Source: an uncultured delta proteobacterium (GTDB lineage Bacteria > Desulfobacterota > Binatia > UBA9968). From it: DNA of 64,000 nucleotides. This document shows, in pieces, positions 60,085 through 64,000 of the stretch; position 1 is the stretch's first letter, and every line of letters starts with the position of its first letter. The position numbers were made by a program, and so were the translations under genes. The stretch is taken from positions 1,664,001-1,728,000 of the forward strand of contig CAVUVW010000013.1 of the NCBI GenBank assembly GCA_963745035.1, written 5' to 3'. Under the pieces are notes generated by a model. That model did not search any database. It worked only from the letters and a program-made list of their open reading frames with translations, and was not told the origin of the DNA.

Positions 60085-61134
60085 ATGAAAGCGATTTTAA
60101 CCGTTTTGCTTTTTCTCGTTGCCTATCTTGGATCTGGCAATCAGGTCGCTCTCTCGCAGGCCACTTTTTATCAAGACAAAACGATCACGGTTATCTTGGG
60201 AGGTCCTCCCGGAGGAACGGCGGACCTGAGGACAAGAGCCGTTACTTCTCTTCTCCGCAAGCATCTTCCCGGAAATCCGACGATCGTTATGGAGTACATG
60301 GAAGCGGGCGGAGGCCGGCAGGCCGCCAACCACATCTACACCAGGGCAAAGGCGGACGGCCTTACGATCGGCAGCATGGGACCTGCTCTCATAGCGAACG
60401 CCGTTCTTGGCGCCATCGGTGTTCAATACGACCTTGCCAAGTTGATCTACCTCGGGAGCCCCAATAGCGCCACGCAATATCTTTTTCTAACGCACAAAGA
60501 GGCCGGCCTGGTCAATCTGGAAAAATTGCGTGCCACGCCCGGGGTACGGATCGGAGCCCAATCCGTGGGGCACCCGATCTACATCACCGGCCGGATCTTC
60601 GCATACTTGCTCGGCATGAAGGATCCTAGATTCGTTACCGGATACAGCGGCCCGGAAGTCGATATGGCTCTCATGCGGCGTGAAATCGACGCCAGGGTGA
60701 ACATCGCAGAAACGATTTTCCAACGGTCGCCCGACTGGATAGAAAAGGAGCTGGTAAATTTCCACGCCGGCATCGAGATTCCCAGAGGGGAAAAACACCC
60801 GCGCTTTGCTCATTTGCCGGAGCTCGAGAGCCTTGCGAAAGGGGATACGGAGAGGAAGCTTTTGCAGATGTTCCGCGCCTTCAATCCCGCGGGCCAGAAC
60901 TTCTTCCTGCCGCCGGGAACGCCCAAAGAACGGGTACAGATTTTACGAGAAGCGATGCGCAAGACTTTTACCGATCCAGAGTTCCCCAAACAATATCAAA
61001 AACTCACGGGAGACGAGGTCTTGCCGCTCATGCCCGAAGCTGTCGAGAAAGCGATCAGGGAACTGCCGCGCGAGCCCGTGGTCGTCGAGCTGTTTAACAA
61101 TCTCGCCGGTGCGGAGCCTTTACCTCCCCGTTAA
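60085..61134 (+). CDS. Bug/TctC family substrate-binding protein
   Basis: GGPPGGTAD, PGNPTI, ADGLT, TGYSG and PPGTPKERV motifs. Confidence 0.9.
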   Translation: MKAILTVLLFLVAYLGSGNQVALSQATFYQDKTITVILGGPPGGTADLRTRAVTSLLRKHLPGNPTIVMEYMEAGGGRQAANHIYTRAKADGLTIGSMGPALIANAVLGAIGVQYDLAKLIYLGSPNSATQYLFLTHKEAGLVNLEKLRATPGVRIGAQSVGHPIYITGRIFAYLLGMKDPRFVTGYSGPEVDMALMRREIDARVNIAETIFQRSPDWIEKELVNFHAGIEIPRGEKHPRFAHLPELESLAKGDTERKLLQMFRAFNPAGQNFFLPPGTPKERVQILREAMRKTFTDPEFPKQYQKLTGDEVLPLMPEAVEKAIRELPREPVVVELFNNLAGAEPLPPR

Positions 61135-61152
61135 GGTTTTCTCCGCGTATAC

Positions 61153-61345
61153 TCGGGTCGCACCTGGCTACGTTTCTGTATTCCCCGCTGCTTTCGTTCC
61201 AGAGGATAGTGTTTTCGGAGCTTAGACTTCCACTTTTAAATTGCGCGCGTAAGCTGCGCTCACGCAGCGCATAGCTGCCACCGGTTTTTATTACAGCCCG
61301 ACGTGCGGCTCTCACATCAAGCTTATTCTTGACGTCCTTAACGGC
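61153..61345 (-). pseudogene. 3' relic of a probable tyrosine (RAYT/Y1-like) transposase gene
   Basis: VKNKLDVRAARRAVIKTGGSYALRE...LSSENTILWNE; homologous to 63385-63520. Family assignment is from memory of similar C-termini. Confidence 0.5.
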
Positions 61346-61505
61346 GGCCCCACTCTTGTTCTGAGTCGCGCCTCACGCTTTCTTGATCCAACGCCTTGAA
61401 CGGAGCCTAGCGGTTGTCCTTTCCGCACCAGAGCACGAGCACGGCCTTTGTTATCCTTTATCCTTTTGCCTTTATCCTTCAGAGTGCCTAACGCCTGTTG
61501 CCTAT

Positions 61506-62054
61506 TCAGGTTGCCTTCAGCCGGTCCGGTGCGTCATCGGGCGGCGTGATGTCGAACGCGTTGGCGGTGCAGCACGTCATCGAGAAAGCACCGACGCGGG
61601 CGACCAGCGCGACCAGCTCTTCGGTGCTGAAGGCCGCTTCGGCGGCTGCGTAGGTGGCATCGCTCAGTCCCTTGTCGGCGAGCAGTTCCTTGGCGATCTG
61701 ATGCGCGAGCAATTCGCGCTTGTCCTCGGTCGGCAGTGCGTTGCGGCCGTTGATGGCGTCGATTTCTTTTTGCGTGAGGCCGATTTTGAGAGCGTTGCGG
61801 CACTGCGCCGCCCACGGGTACTTCGCGCCCCAGAACCGCGCCACGGTCAAGGTGACGATCTGCTGTTCGCGGGCGGACAGGGTGGTGTCGGCGATACAGG
61901 CTCCGGTGTTCTGCACGCTCTGCATCAGTTTGGGATGGCGGATATAGGCCCAGAATGGCCCGCCATGCGGCCTGCCGCTGGCTTTGGAGGCGTCGATCAC
62001 AGCGCGCTGTTCATCGTTCATTTCGGCAGGCGTCAGAATGGCGATGCGTGTCAT
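61506..62054 (-). CDS. Carboxymuconolactone decarboxylase-like protein
   Basis: GGPF, LSAREQQIVTL..ARFW..YPW, LSDATY and ELVALV motifs. Confidence 0.85.
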   Translation of the reverse strand: MTRIAILTPAEMNDEQRAVIDASKASGRPHGGPFWAYIRHPKLMQSVQNTGACIADTTLSAREQQIVTLTVARFWGAKYPWAAQCRNALKIGLTQKEIDAINGRNALPTEDKRELLAHQIAKELLADKGLSDATYAAAEAAFSTEELVALVARVGAFSMTCCTANAFDITPPDDAPDRLKAT

Positions 62055-62324
62055 TGGTTGTCTCCTGTTTCAATACGTCGCGAGCTATATCGTCCAACCG
62101 GGCAAGTCGTCAAGCGCAATTAGATCCAGGTGACACGCAGTTTTGCGTTGACTGGCTCCGCCGATGCAGCGCTCGCATGCGCTTTGATTTGTTCTCGTCG
62201 GGGCACTCGCGTCATACACGAGACCGATCAGCTTCTATCTGACTGTGGCGTTTTGAACTTTGAACCGCGCCTGCCGGTCAACGTCTTGAACCAGTCGAAC
62301 GAGCCCATATTTGACGAATACTGC

Positions 62325-62336
62325 TTGCATATGCAA
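62325..62336. promoter_or_regulatory. Palindromic operator candidate of the TA operon
   Basis: TTGCATATGCAA, downstream of TTGACG and 10 nt before the toxin ATG. Confidence 0.5.
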
Positions 62337-62346
62337 AAGTATATGG

Positions 62347-62646
62347 ATGTTTGAGATCCGCTTTGCTGAAAGTGTCGAGGAGGATCTCAGAAAAATCCCA
62401 GTCTACTACAGGAATCAGATTCTCGACTCCATCGAAGGACAGCTGGTGCATGAACCCGAAACGGCGACCCGAAATCGCAAGCTCTTGGAGAATCTGACTC
62501 CTCCTTGGCAGACGATGCAGCCGATCTGGGAATTGCGTGTGGGTGAGTATCGGGTGTTTTATGACGTTTCTCTTGGCGAGTCGATCGTTTATGTTCGGGC
62601 AGTGCGGAAGAAGCCGCGAGGAACCAAGACGGAGGATATTTTATGA
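62347..62646 (+). CDS. RelE/ParE family toxin
   Basis: FEIRF...WELRVGEYRVFYDV...VRAVRKK. Confidence 0.88.
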   Translation: MFEIRFAESVEEDLRKIPVYYRNQILDSIEGQLVHEPETATRNRKLLENLTPPWQTMQPIWELRVGEYRVFYDVSLGESIVYVRAVRKKPRGTKTEDIL

Positions 62647-62894
62647 AGACGGTCAATGCGCGCGATTTGCAGAAAAAAATCAAGGAATGTGTGGATATGT
62701 CTCAGCAGGACAAGGTGGTCATCACGCGTCATGGCAAGCCTGCGGCCGTTCTGGTCGGAGTAGAGGGTAAGGACTGGGGAGATGTGGCGCTGCAAACTTC
62801 GCCAAGTTTTTGGAAGCTGATCGAGGGCAGGCGAAAGGAGTCCACCTTGTCCATGAAAGAACTGCGCACCCGTCTAAAGAAACGAAAAAAATAG
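62643..62894 (+). CDS. Phd/YefM family antitoxin
   Basis: MKTVNARDL...VVITRHGKPAAVLV; ATGA overlap with the toxin. Confidence 0.88.
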   Translation: MKTVNARDLQKKIKECVDMSQQDKVVITRHGKPAAVLVGVEGKDWGDVALQTSPSFWKLIEGRRKESTLSMKELRTRLKKRKK

Positions 62895-63008
62895 GAGCCA
62901 AATTAGGCTCACGCACGAATCAGCCGTCCGGTTCAGCAGTGTCTAGCTTCCATCGGTGTCTATCACATTTGCGATGTACGGCGTTCACGTTGAGCTCAAC
63001 CCTTGTTT

Positions 63009-63362
63009 CTAGCGTGCGCCTGCGGCGAAGTCGCTCTCTTTAATGAAGCGCCAACCGGCTAAACCGGCAGCTCCCTGGTCGTCGGAACCGCCACTGACCC
63101 CCAGGATATTTCCGACCATGATGTAATCGTCCGCGCGAATATAGTTTTTTAGTTGGCGCAGAAAAACGTCCTTCGACATCTCCATCGGACCGATGAAGCT
63201 AAAAATGCGATGCCATAGCGGCACGTTCTGAACCACCACCGCCCAGTTGCCGTTCAGCCCGACCACGTCGCCCGCCGGCTTGAGATCGGCAATGCTCTGG
63301 ACGCTCACCGGTCCACCGGAAACTTCCAGCGTGTCATCGACATCAAATGCATAGATCTTCAT
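63009..63362 (-). CDS. Minimal HAD-superfamily protein
   Basis: IYAFDVDDTL, K, MVGN and SDD..AA..AG motifs in 117 aa. Confidence 0.7.
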   Translation of the reverse strand: MKIYAFDVDDTLEVSGGPVSVQSIADLKPAGDVVGLNGNWAVVVQNVPLWHRIFSFIGPMEMSKDVFLRQLKNYIRADDYIMVGNILGVSGGSDDQGAAGLAGWRFIKESDFAAGAR

Positions 63363-63384
63363 GATACGTTCTTCCCCGTCTCTG

Positions 63385-63520
63385 GGGACGAAGCTATGTC
63401 CCAGCACTCTCAGCAGTTTCATTCCAAGACAACGTGTTTCCGAGCTTAGAGCCTCATTTCTGCCGCTGAAATTCGCCCGCATACGCTTCAGCCGGTTCCG
63501 CAGCGCATAGCTATGTCCCA
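63385..63520 (-). pseudogene. Second 3' relic of the same probable transposase family
   Basis: SYALR/EPAEAYAG/..NEALSSE/TLSWNETAESAGT* read across frame changes. Confidence 0.5.
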
Positions 63521-63578
63521 GGCGTCTCGACAGAGGTCGCACTACATGGAGCACGATATCAACGAGCTGGTGAACGGG

Positions 63579-64000
63579 TCAGGGACCCACGATGTGTCTA
63601 TCGGTGAGCAGCACTTGAGCCATCCCGCCATTCGGCAGGGTCATTTCTGTTATCAATAAACCGACGTTCTTCGCATTCACTTGCGTCAACACAAACCACG
63701 TCCCGTCCGGAACTTCCGAAAATGAAAAGTGTCCCTGTGCGTCGCACTCAGTCCGTCTGATCATGCTTTTCAAACTGGGATGGGGTGTCTCCGGCGGTTT
63801 AGGTTCGGTTCGAGCGACGATCATGTGCCAAAACATTTCACGAAAGTAAGATGTCGCCGGCAGCAACAAAACGCGGTTACCTGCACATGTGACGGCGCCA
63901 TCTCGCGGCCGCGTGACAAAGGCTTTGCCGCTTATGCCGTTGTTGCCTGATTTCGCATAGGGTTCATGTTCGGAGTAATCGAACTTGGTCTGCATTCGCA
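63579..64000 (-). CDS. Hypothetical, probably exported, protein (5' end likely outside the window)
   Basis: Frame open to the edge; SGKAF, TCAGNRVLLLPATSY and CDAQGHFSFSEVPDGTWFV beta-sandwich-like motifs. Confidence 0.65.
   Translation of the reverse strand, partial: RMQTKFDYSEHEPYAKSGNNGISGKAFVTRPRDGAVTCAGNRVLLLPATSYFREMFWHMIVARTEPKPPETPHPSLKSMIRRTECDAQGHFSFSEVPDGTWFVLTQVNAKNVGLLITEMTLPNGGMAQVLLTDRHIVGP

Noticed and set aside
63392-63521. 13-bp direct repeat agctatgtcccag as an att site or target duplication
   Set aside because: Both copies lie within or at the edges of the transposase-tail relic, with no integrase nearby; too short to support independently.
61134-64000. Integron cassette array around the TA module
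   Set aside because: No paired RYYYAAC/GTTRRRY attC structures or integrase were seen, and gene orientations are mixed.

Overview
A GC-rich, gene-dense bacterial chromosomal window with no rRNA, tRNA or CRISPR array. The gene content resembles Deltaproteobacteria-related lineages such as Candidatus Binatia (inference): six orphan Bug/TctC, two SsuA/NMT1-type and one TAXI solute-binding protein, plus many catabolic enzymes. Recognisable blocks are lemA-M48 peptidase, hisI-hisG, a seven-gene DUF4175/TPR-peptidase/MoxR/DUF58/BatA/DUF4159/GATase-like operon, an NTT-HEAT transporter with a cNMP-domain partner, and a toxin-first RelE/Phd pair. The strongest hidden signal is a rhodanese-CBS gene (41467-42156) split by one in-frame TGA in the active-site loop and followed by a SECIS-like hairpin, i.e. 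a probable selenoprotein. Other notable signals are a TIR-TM-discoidin receptor-like gene, two tandem enzyme/pseudoenzyme pairs, a tryptophanase-like enzyme lacking the catalytic Tyr, a CutA-Nudix fusion, several families of 7-nt and 9-nt periodic intergenic repeats, a MITE with a target-site duplication, and relics of a probable tyrosine transposase. About eight genes carry small frameshifts that look like consensus-sequence errors. All family assignments are by-eye motif recognition, not database searches.
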